A stretch of 64,000 nucleotides of DNA from an uncultured Chthonomonadaceae bacterium (GTDB taxonomy: Bacteria; Armatimonadota; Chthonomonadetes; Chthonomonadales; Chthonomonadaceae): the NCBI GenBank assembly GCA_963835065.1, contig CAWIEK010000024.1, positions 1-64,000 on the forward strand, read 5' to 3'. Numbering within the stretch: the stretch's first letter is position 1; every line of letters starts with the position of its first letter. Positions 29,571 to 37,988 of this stretch are shown piece after piece. Both the position numbers and the translations under genes were made by a program. A model generated the notes under the pieces. It was not told where the DNA came from. It saw only the letters and a program-made list of their open reading frames with translations, and made no database searches.

Positions 29571-31898
29571 CTATTCCGGCAGCGTAATCGTCAGCGCATG
29601 GATGCCCTCAGCAGGCGTTATACTAACGCCCATCGCGCCCGCTGTCGCCGTGCCGCCACTCACGGAAGCGACAGCCGGAACACCCACCAGAAGTATTTGC
29701 CAGTTTTGGCTTGCGCCTTCAGCGTTCAGTTGTATTTGCGCTCCCGCCCGCAGAACAGTGACCGTGAATGTGGCGTTTCCGTTCAAATCGGGCACGGTGA
29801 CGACGATTTCCCTGCCCGCCTCCAATTCGTACACGCGCAGGGTAACGCCGTCCGCGAAATCGTAATCCGGTTTCTCGTCCTGGCTGCCGACAGCAATTAC
29901 GGAATGAGGCCGAACCAGCAGGGGTACGCTCAGGAAACCATGTGTTTCCCGTATCCAGCCGGGGCCGTTAATCACCTTGCCCGTAAAGAAATCGGTCCAT
30001 TTTCCGGGAGGAACGTAATAATCTACGGCTCCGCTTGCCGTGAAGACGGGCGCGACGAGCAGGGACTCGCCAAGCATGTATTGCCGATCCAGCGTGTCGC
30101 AGGCGGGGTCATCGGGAAATTCCAGCAGCATCGCCCGCATGGTCGGCACGCCCGTTTGATGCGCGTACACCGCCTGCGCGAACAGATAGGGCATCAGGCG
30201 GCATTTCAGTTTGGTGAAAAAGCGCAGCGTGTCTACGGCCTCCTCGTCGAACAGCCAGGGAACGCGATACGAGGAACTCCCATGCAGGCGGCTGTGCGAG
30301 GACAGCAGGCCGAACGCGATCCAGCGCTTGTACACTTCGGCGGGCGGAGCGCCCTCGAAGCCGCCGATGTCGTGGCTCCAAAAGCCGAAACCGGACAGGC
30401 ACAGCGACAGCCCTCCCCGCAGGCTTTCCGCCATAGATTCAAAACTGGAATAGCAGTCGCCGCCCCAATGCACGGGGAATTGCTGGCTGCCCGCCGTGCC
30501 CGAACGCGCAAACAAAACCGCTTCCCCCACTCCACGCTTCGCTTCCAAAACGTCGAACACCACCTTATTATAAAGGTAGGAGTAGAAGTTGTGCATTTTG
30601 AGGGGGTCGGAGCCGTCCGCGTAAACAACATCGGTTGGGATACGCTCGCCGAAATCCGTTTTGAAGCAGTCCACGCCCATATCAAGCAAGCCGCGCAGTT
30701 TGTCGCCGTACCATCGGCAGGCGTCGGGATTGGTGAAGTCCACAATGCCCATGCCCGCCTGCCATTGATCCGTCTGCCACACGTCGCCGTTGGGCTTTTT
30801 GAGCAGATAGCCGTTCGCCTTGCCTTCCGCGAACAGGGGCGACAATTGCGCGATGTAGGGATTGATCCACACGCAGATACGCAGGCCGCGCTCTTTCAGC
30901 CTTTGCAGCATGGCGGGCGGATCAGGGAACGCGCGCCCGTCCCACTCGAAATCACACCAGCGAAATTCGCGCATCCAGAAGCAGTCAAAGTGAAAAACGT
31001 GCAGGGGCAAATCCCGATCCGCCATGCCCTGTATAAAACTCGTCACGGTCTGCTCGTCATAACTCGTGGTGAACGAGGTCGTCAGCCACAGCCCGAACGA
31101 CCACGCGGCGGGCAGGGCGGGCTTTCCGGTCAGAGCGGTATACTTCATCAACACTTCTTTGGGCGTCGGACCGTAAATCACAAAATAATCCAGCGTTTGC
31201 CCCCGGACGCTGAACTGAACCCGCGACACCTTTTCGGACGCGACCTCAAACGACACTTCTTCCGGGTGGTTGACGAACACGCCGTACCCCCGGTTGGTCA
31301 GGTAAAACGGCACGTTCTTGTACGCCTGCTCGCTGCCGGTTCCCCCGTCCTTGTTCCACGTTTCCACAACCTGCCCGTTCTTGACAAAGGCCGTAAACCG
31401 CTCGCCCAAACCGTACACGCACTCGCCCACACCCAGGGCAAGCTGCTCGTGCAGATATGGCCCGTCGCCCTCCACTTCGGCCAGTCCCAGCCCCTTCATG
31501 CCGCTTTTCGTAATCGCGCTGCCATCCCCAACAAATTCCACGCTCCACGCTTCGCCCCGCGCCACCTTCACGGCTAACCTGCCGCTCGTCAATATAGCCA
31601 TTTCCGCATCGGCGCTGACCACAACGCCTTCCGCCGTTTCCTGCAAAAGCGGAAAATGCGGCCCGGCTTCCCTCCCGCCGCCAAAGTGCGTGACCTGTAC
31701 GCGAATCACATCCGGCAGGGGCGAGGAGTAGCGAACGGTCAGCAATGGCCCGTCCAGCGTATTCCCCCGGTTATGAATTCGCTTGGCCGGAACCTGAACA
31801 ATCAGCGCGTCCGGCTGTGTCTCCACCTCATACGCCTGCCCGGCATAAAAAGCGCGAACGCCCTTCTGCATCATCCAGTTGCCATCCGTAAACTTCAA
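29571..31898 (-). CDS. yicI: GH31 alpha-xylosidase
   Basis: MKFTDGNW, HFDCFWM, FKTDFGERIP, HWGGD and WSHDIGGF motifs. Confidence 0.96.
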   Translation of the reverse strand: MKFTDGNWMMQKGVRAFYAGQAYEVETQPDALIVQVPAKRIHNRGNTLDGPLLTVRYSSPLPDVIRVQVTHFGGGREAGPHFPLLQETAEGVVVSADAEMAILTSGRLAVKVARGEAWSVEFVGDGSAITKSGMKGLGLAEVEGDGPYLHEQLALGVGECVYGLGERFTAFVKNGQVVETWNKDGGTGSEQAYKNVPFYLTNRGYGVFVNHPEEVSFEVASEKVSRVQFSVRGQTLDYFVIYGPTPKEVLMKYTALTGKPALPAAWSFGLWLTTSFTTSYDEQTVTSFIQGMADRDLPLHVFHFDCFWMREFRWCDFEWDGRAFPDPPAMLQRLKERGLRICVWINPYIAQLSPLFAEGKANGYLLKKPNGDVWQTDQWQAGMGIVDFTNPDACRWYGDKLRGLLDMGVDCFKTDFGERIPTDVVYADGSDPLKMHNFYSYLYNKVVFDVLEAKRGVGEAVLFARSGTAGSQQFPVHWGGDCYSSFESMAESLRGGLSLCLSGFGFWSHDIGGFEGAPPAEVYKRWIAFGLLSSHSRLHGSSSYRVPWLFDEEAVDTLRFFTKLKCRLMPYLFAQAVYAHQTGVPTMRAMLLEFPDDPACDTLDRQYMLGESLLVAPVFTASGAVDYYVPPGKWTDFFTGKVINGPGWIRETHGFLSVPLLVRPHSVIAVGSQDEKPDYDFADGVTLRVYELEAGREIVVTVPDLNGNATFTVTVLRAGAQIQLNAEGASQNWQILLVGVPAVASVSGGTATAGAMGVSITPAEGIHALTITLPE

Positions 31899-32080
31899 TT
31901 TCTCAACTCCCCTGCCGCTGTCCGCGCGTACACAGTGGCGTTCGTTCTTCAGCTCTAGCCGATAGTACGCTCTCCCTGCCCAAACCGTTCAAAGCAAGTT
32001 CGCTTGTCAAAGCAAGTACGCTTGCGCTTTGGGAGAAAATAAGGTATATCTTTTGTAGAAACCATGAAAGGGGGGCTATC

Positions 32081-32320
32081 GTGCAAACGCGAGTTCAAAA
32101 ATGGGGAAATAGTCTGGCAGTGCGTATTCCAAAATCCTTTGCGGCAGAAACGTCACTGGAGCAGGATACGCTTGTCGAGTTGTCAATGTTGGAGGGCAAG
32201 TTAGTCATTGCGCCCATCAAAACTCGGCCAACGCTCGAAGAGCGTATGGCGTCCGTTACAAAAGAAACGTTACATGGTGAAGTAGATTTCGGGCCGCCGA
32301 CAGGAAAGGAAGTTTGGTAA
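32081..32320 (+). CDS. mazE: AbrB/MazE antitoxin
   Basis: VQKWGNSLAVRIPK ... HGEVDFGPPTGKEVW. Confidence 0.93.
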   Translation: MQTRVQKWGNSLAVRIPKSFAAETSLEQDTLVELSMLEGKLVIAPIKTRPTLEERMASVTKETLHGEVDFGPPTGKEVW

Positions 32321-32321
32321 C

Positions 32322-32660
32322 GTGGCCTATATTCCTGAACGCGGCGATTTCATCTGGATTTCCTTCAATCCGCCGGCAGGACACGAGCAGGCAGGCCGCC
32401 GCCCCGCGCTTATATTGTCGCCGTCCGCTTATAATGGCGTCACCGGACTCGTCATTTGCTGCCCTGTTACCAGCCAGGTGAAAGGCTACACGTTTGAAGT
32501 TGCCATACCGGGGGGACTGGAAGTTTCCGGCGTGGTGTTGAGCGATCAGATAAGGAACCTTGATTGGGAGGCGCGGCAGGCGAGTTTTCTTTGCAAGGCT
32601 CCTAAAACGTTTGTGGACGAAGTGCTGATGAACCTCGGCGATTTGCTTACGGGGCCGTGA
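32322..32660 (+). CDS. mazF: MazF endoribonuclease toxin
   Basis: YIPERGD, GHEQAGRRPALILSP, CPVTSQVKGY and DQIRNLDW motifs. Confidence 0.95.
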   Translation: MAYIPERGDFIWISFNPPAGHEQAGRRPALILSPSAYNGVTGLVICCPVTSQVKGYTFEVAIPGGLEVSGVVLSDQIRNLDWEARQASFLCKAPKTFVDEVLMNLGDLLTGP

Positions 32661-32858
32661 TAGCAGTACCGGACTTCTCGCTCCTAAGTTTAATAGCATT
32701 CAAATAAGACGGTTGCTGCCTCAAAAACAAGTTCGTAGGGACACAACATGTTGTGTCCTCTTCCTGCGGCGGCATGTCCTCGCATAAAGGAGGGCGCGGA
32801 CACAACCTTGCCCATGCGGACACAACATGTTGTGTCCCTACAAATCGTTACGTGCCGG

Positions 32859-33593
32859 TCACAAGGCCAGCACATTCTTAACCTGGATGGCTGCCATCAA
32901 TTTTGTGTGGTAATCAGAAAGCGTCTCATAATCAAGGAAACTCACGCGCTGCGCAATAGGCGTAAAGGTATGTGAACCTAACTTGCCCTTGTACTCGTTT
33001 TGACGCGCAGCATCGGCGACAATGTGAAACTTTACGGCAAAATCCTGCAAATCCATAAAGCGCAGCAACGCGCTGTACACATCCGTCGTATGCTCTACCT
33101 CGAAAAACTCGCTCGGCATTTTGCGCGTGTTGAACCATGTTACGTCTATCATACGCGCCCGCGCCAGCAGATGGTCGTAGGTAAAGGCGGGGTACTTCTC
33201 CACGCTGCTGACCTGAGAAAGCGTTTTGTCCAGAAACTTCCGGTTCTTGTCCTGATAAGGCACGAACGTATCGAAGCCTTGTAGGTTGCCGATTTCTACG
33301 ATCAAGCCCTGATAATAAGAGTGGTCAACCGCCTGCTTCTTTTCCAAGGGCGCGTTCGCGCCAAGCGCGAAATGCTTTTCGATGCTCTTGCGCGACTCTT
33401 CCAACCCCCACAAGCCCGGTTTGATTTTGAAAAACTCCGGCCTGTCCTGAACAATCCTGCGCATGGATGCGAACGGCGTTTTTGTGCCCCACGTACTGCC
33501 CTCCACCTTCAATGCAGTCTGATAAAGATGCCCCAATGTGGCATAGCCACCGCTGCTGCGCATGGCTTCAATCACCGCTTCATGTTGCTTCAT
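32859..33593 (-). CDS. Putative nuclease with an N-terminal HTH and a PD-(D/E)xK-like domain
   Basis: KTPFASMRRIVQ HTH-like region; IDVTW...FEVEHTT; co-oriented downstream of the MTase. Confidence 0.65.
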   Translation of the reverse strand: MKQHEAVIEAMRSSGGYATLGHLYQTALKVEGSTWGTKTPFASMRRIVQDRPEFFKIKPGLWGLEESRKSIEKHFALGANAPLEKKQAVDHSYYQGLIVEIGNLQGFDTFVPYQDKNRKFLDKTLSQVSSVEKYPAFTYDHLLARARMIDVTWFNTRKMPSEFFEVEHTTDVYSALLRFMDLQDFAVKFHIVADAARQNEYKGKLGSHTFTPIAQRVSFLDYETLSDYHTKLMAAIQVKNVLAL

Positions 33594-33707
33594 GGAAGGG
33601 CTGTACTCCTGTACCTCTTGGCCGAGTCGTGAACGCCCCGTCTAAAGGGCGTTCCGCCAGTCGGTCTGCGACCGGAACACGTATTTTGTTGCAAGTCTCT
33701 TATGCAA

Positions 33708-34640
33708 TCAACCCCTGTCAAAGACAAACCGCGCCTGCTGCATCGGCAGTTCGTCCTGCAATCGGGCAACGGCAACGGCAAGATAATCTGGTGTCACATC
33801 AAAACCGACAAACCGCCGTCCCAATCGGGCGCTGACAACGCCCGTCGTGCCACTGCCGCAAAATGGGTCTAATATCAGATCGCCGGGATTGCTTGCCGCC
33901 CTAATGATGCGTTCCAGCAGGGCTTCCGGTTTTTGCGCAGGGTGCTTGCCATAGCGCTTTTCCCGCTTTGCCGGTGGCAGGATGCGCCACAAACTCTGCA
34001 TCTGCTTGCCGGGGGTAGGGTCGCCAATACGCCGCATGTCCTCATAGTGGAAGAGATGCCGCGCTTTGGCGTCCCGCCGCGCCCACAAAATGGTTTCCGT
34101 CGCATGGGTGAAGTAGCGGCAGGACAGGTTCGGCGGAGGCGTTATCTTATACCACGCAATGTCATTCAAAATCGCGTAGCCCAATGTCTGCATGGCAAAT
34201 CCGACGCTGAAAATGTTGTGCGCCGTTCCCGTTACCCACAGCGTTCCATTGGGCTTTAAGACGCGGCGGCACTCCGTCAGCCAGGTTGTATTGAAGCGAT
34301 GTATCTGCGCAAACGTTTCAGCCTTGTCCCAAACGCCCTTGTTGACGCTGACCATGCGCCCTGAATGGCAAGTCACGCCCCCGTTGGACAAAAAATAGGG
34401 CGGGTCGGCAAAAATCAAGTCAAAGGTTTCTGTCGGAACCGATTTCAGCAGTAACAGCGCGTCACCGCAATACAGCCGCACATCATGAACGGCGTTGATG
34501 TAATAAGGTTCAGGAACCTCCACTGCCGGAGTGTCGCGCCTATCGTTCTCATAGTCCTCAATTTCAACATCTGCAACTTCAACCTCAACGTTCTCAACGT
34601 CGGCTTCGACTTCGGTAGCAAAAATTTCCGTGTGCATCAT
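33708..34640 (-). CDS. Beta-class N6-adenine DNA methyltransferase (DpnA-like)
   Basis: DPPYFLSNGGVTCHSGRMVSVNKGVWD, HPAQKPE and DPFCGSGTT motifs. Confidence 0.92.
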   Translation of the reverse strand: MMHTEIFATEVEADVENVEVEVADVEIEDYENDRRDTPAVEVPEPYYINAVHDVRLYCGDALLLLKSVPTETFDLIFADPPYFLSNGGVTCHSGRMVSVNKGVWDKAETFAQIHRFNTTWLTECRRVLKPNGTLWVTGTAHNIFSVGFAMQTLGYAILNDIAWYKITPPPNLSCRYFTHATETILWARRDAKARHLFHYEDMRRIGDPTPGKQMQSLWRILPPAKREKRYGKHPAQKPEALLERIIRAASNPGDLILDPFCGSGTTGVVSARLGRRFVGFDVTPDYLAVAVARLQDELPMQQARFVFDRG

Positions 34641-34865
34641 CGGGCAGGCGATCCCTTCCTGAAAAGTGATCGCGATCCTACCAGATTTATTGTTTGCAGA
34701 TCAAGTGATCGTTAAAACAATCTGCATACGCCATTTTCTACGCCGACGTGTTGCTGTCAGAATACGCGCTGCGCGTCCGGGCAGCGTCACGGTCGCGGTG
34801 AACGTTTGGCATGGTTCAAGGCGATGTTAACAACGCTTGCTGTGAAATACTGGCCGTGTGGTTGC

Positions 34866-34983
34866 CAGGGGTTGAAAACCCCTGTCTGGACAAAGCAAGC
34901 GTCTTTCAGACGCGCCCATGCTTTCTGGAAGTTGCGTCTGCAAGACGCTTGCCTTTTCCTGCCGGGTGTTTTCAACACGCGGA
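34866..34983. repeat. Bipartite REP-like doublet; related copies near 25319, 39597 and 54464
   Basis: GCGTCTGCAAGACGC-TTG-N7-GCCGGG..TTTTCAA..C.CGG present in both orientations. Confidence 0.8.
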
Positions 34984-35047
34984 ACGCTCGTGTCGGTACC
35001 CGGCCTTCCAGTTCACAGCAAGCGTTAGCAATGGAATGGAGGTTATC

Positions 35048-35316
35048 GTGCAAACGCGCGTTCAAAAATGGGGAAACAGTCTGGCTGTGCGTATTCCGAA
35101 ATCCTTTGCGGCAGAAATGTCGTTGAAACACAATGCGCTTGTCGAGTTGTCAATGTTGGAGGGCAAGTTAGTCATTATGCCCATCAAAAACAGCCAACGC
35201 TTGAAGAGCGTATAGCATCCGTCATAAAAGAAACTTTGCATGGTGAAAAAGAAACAGAAAAAAAGAGCCAAGCAACGCGAAAAAAGCGAACCTTTTGCCC
35301 CACTGCCCTTGTCTAA
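35048..35316 (+). pseudogene. mazE: Orphan mazE paralog with a frameshift in the A-run at 35186-35190 and a replaced C-terminus
   Basis: Aligns by eye to 32081-32281 as far as LHGE; no mazF follows. Confidence 0.85.
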
Positions 35317-35400
35317 ATAGCACAAGTGTCTACTATACAGACACAAAGACTGAATGTTGGTAGTTCCTATCAACTATCAACTATCAGCTACTCACTCAGG

Positions 35401-35550
35401 AAGGAGGTACAGGCCCATGTCCCACCCCTCCCGTGCGCCCTGACGCTTACGAGGTCACGACGCCTCTCTCCTACAACCAGACACAACGAGACATCGGGCT
35501 GGAAGCGCTGCATTGCCAAGATTTCGACGCTGCCTCTACATACTCTTATC
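35401..35550 (+). other. Conserved element, copy 1: RBS, mini-ORF MSHPSRAP* and 115-nt core
   Basis: Core 35436-35550 matches 54621-54735 at 108 of 115 positions (hand alignment). Confidence 0.85.
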
Positions 35551-35738
35551 CTCTTGTCTGCTTATCCTTCATCCTTTGCTTGCGCCACTTCCCATTGGCA
35601 AAGGTTAAGAGCCTATTCGCAATAGGTTCCCCTTCCCCCAGGTTGCGTATTTCTGCTTCGCTTTGGAAATACGTTTTATGGGAGAAGGGGCAGGGGTTGA
35701 GAGCCAATTGAAACGGGAACTTGTTCTTTTACGAACCC

Positions 35739-37988
35739 TTACGGCTGCTTCGGTTTGGCGAAGATGGCGTTGTCTACGGGCGCGTTGACGGCCACATCCG
35801 TAAACTTCAGGTCAAGCAGCGTGGCCTTGCCCTGCGACACTTTCAGCGTACCGGGAACCTTCACGCCCTGTGAGGTTTTGTAATTGCCCATCAGCACGGT
35901 CACATCCGCTTTGGAGGTCGGCAGCACCATGCGCGACGCGAGGTTGGTCACAGGGTCAATATACACCCGCACATCCGCGCCCTTGTCCGTCGTGATGATA
36001 TAGCCCGTATCGCCGCTGTCACCGGACTTAGGCAGGGAGCGCACGGCGTAGTTGTTGGCGTAAGCGTCGCGCAGCAATTTGATGGGATTGAGCGCGCTGC
36101 CCAGACCGGCGGGCGGCGTTTGCGTTGCGCCCGCAACGGTCAGCCATTCCTCGCTGTTCCCGCCTGCCGTGCCGAACGAAATGGGAAAGGCCGAGGTCAG
36201 GTCGGCGCGTACCTTGTCGGGAGCCGCCAGCGTAAGCGTCAGGGATTCGATAGGAAGCGCGCCGGGGAATTGCCCTGTCGGATCGGTCAGTTCGCCCGAA
36301 CCTTTCAGCACCATGCTTTTCCAGTTCAGGAAAGCCGCGCCGCCGTGCGCCTTGATGGTAGCCGCCAGCCCCGTTTTCCCGGCTGCCATTTCCGCAGGCG
36401 TACCCTTCGCGCCCGTACCACTTCCCCCTGCACCACTCCCCCCTGTCCCCTGTCCCCTGTCCCCTGTCCCCTCTAACGTGGGCGAAAGCAGGTCTACACT
36501 CGCGGCAGGAATCACGCGCACCGTGCCGATGGCTTCCACGTCCTTGCGGATGGCTTTGGCGTCGCCGACAAGGACGATTTGGGGCGCGTTGAGATGCAGG
36601 CCGCGCATGATTTCGGGAACCTGACTGCCTGTAACCGCCTGAACGCGCTCGGCGTAATGTGTCAGGTCGCCCGGCCCATTGCCGTACAGCACGGCGGGAA
36701 CCAGCCGGGTTAAAACGCCGTTCGGGGTCGCCACGCTGACGGCAAATGAACCCTGCAAGAACGCTTTGCGATCCTGAAGTTCCTCGGCAGGCACTTCACC
36801 CATGCTGATTTTACGCGATTCTTCCAGCGCCAGTTTGACCACTTCGCCCGTCGAGGCGTTTTTGGTAAACGTAAAAATTTCAAACTCGCCCGCGTCCTTG
36901 TTGCGCCTGAAACCACTGCCCACGCCATACGTCAGGCCGCGCTTCACGCGAATTTCGCGGGTCAGGCGGCTGTCGAACTGTCCCAGGCCGAGAACCGCAG
37001 TGGCGACGGTTCCGGCAATGCGGTTCGGGTCGCTGTAACCGTTCGTCAGCGTACCGATACGCACTTCCGTTTGCGCGGCTCCCGGACGGTCCAGAATGGT
37101 AATCTGCGGCTTCGCCGTATCCGAAGGAGCGGTCATTCGCGCAGGCGGCGCGGGCGCGGCGGGAACGTCTTTCTTGTCCCAACTCCCAAACGCGGCCTGC
37201 GCTTTTTCCATTGCCTGCGCGGGCGTAATGTCGCCCACGAGGAACAGCGTGGATTGGTTGGGCGCAAAAAAAGTGTCGTGGAACTTCTGCGCGTCGTCAC
37301 GGGTCAGCGATTGCAGCGTTTGCGGCGTACCCTCGCTGTTGTTGCCATACGGGTGCGCGCCATACACCAGGCGAGACAGGGCCAGTTCCGCGATTGTGGC
37401 GGGCTGCGACAGAGATTGCGTCAATTCATTTATGGTTTGGCTGCGCGTCCTGTCCAATTCTTGTTGGGGGAACGAAGGACGCAGGGTGATGTCGGCAAGC
37501 AGGCTGAACAGGGTATCCGCGTAGGGGCTTAACCCGCTTGCCGAAACAGTCAGGTAATCGTCGTCCACGCCCGCGCCCAATGACGCGCCCAGGCCATCAA
37601 TCGTGTCGGCGATTTCCGTTTCGCTCCGGGTAGCCGTGCCCTTGTTGAGCAGGCGCGCGGTCATGGAAGCCAGCCCCACTTTGTCTTTCGGGTCCCGGAT
37701 GGAACCGGCGGGGATTGCCAGCCGCATCCATACGGCGGGCTGCGTATGGTCTTCCAGCACCACCAGTTTCAGGCCGTTGGGCAATGTCTGCTGCACGATT
37801 TTCGGCAATTGCAGGGCGCGTTCCTTGCCCAGCGGCGGCAATCCCGCCGCGCTTTTGGAAGCCTGCTGCGCGCCTGCGCCCGGCAGGACGGATAAGGAAA
37901 GCGTCAGGATCGCGCCCAAAGCAACCCCATTCAAGCCTGTGCGATTGCGCTGCCGGGGAGTATTGTTTATGTTGCGAAACCGGGTCAT
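35739..37988 (-). CDS. M16 peptidase non-catalytic subunit with an extra C-terminal beta domain
   Basis: LPNGL and SRLTREIRVKRGLTYG motifs, no HxxEH, signal peptide. Confidence 0.88.
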   Translation of the reverse strand: MTRFRNINNTPRQRNRTGLNGVALGAILTLSLSVLPGAGAQQASKSAAGLPPLGKERALQLPKIVQQTLPNGLKLVVLEDHTQPAVWMRLAIPAGSIRDPKDKVGLASMTARLLNKGTATRSETEIADTIDGLGASLGAGVDDDYLTVSASGLSPYADTLFSLLADITLRPSFPQQELDRTRSQTINELTQSLSQPATIAELALSRLVYGAHPYGNNSEGTPQTLQSLTRDDAQKFHDTFFAPNQSTLFLVGDITPAQAMEKAQAAFGSWDKKDVPAAPAPPARMTAPSDTAKPQITILDRPGAAQTEVRIGTLTNGYSDPNRIAGTVATAVLGLGQFDSRLTREIRVKRGLTYGVGSGFRRNKDAGEFEIFTFTKNASTGEVVKLALEESRKISMGEVPAEELQDRKAFLQGSFAVSVATPNGVLTRLVPAVLYGNGPGDLTHYAERVQAVTGSQVPEIMRGLHLNAPQIVLVGDAKAIRKDVEAIGTVRVIPAASVDLLSPTLEGTGDRGQGTGGSGAGGSGTGAKGTPAEMAAGKTGLAATIKAHGGAAFLNWKSMVLKGSGELTDPTGQFPGALPIESLTLTLAAPDKVRADLTSAFPISFGTAGGNSEEWLTVAGATQTPPAGLGSALNPIKLLRDAYANNYAVRSLPKSGDSGDTGYIITTDKGADVRVYIDPVTNLASRMVLPTSKADVTVLMGNYKTSQGVKVPGTLKVSQGKATLLDLKFTDVAVNAPVDNAIFAKPKQP

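Noticed and set aside
35441..35443. Selenocysteine read-through of the conserved TGA
   Set aside because: Copy 2 has a second in-frame TGA three codons later, and there is no redox-motif context.
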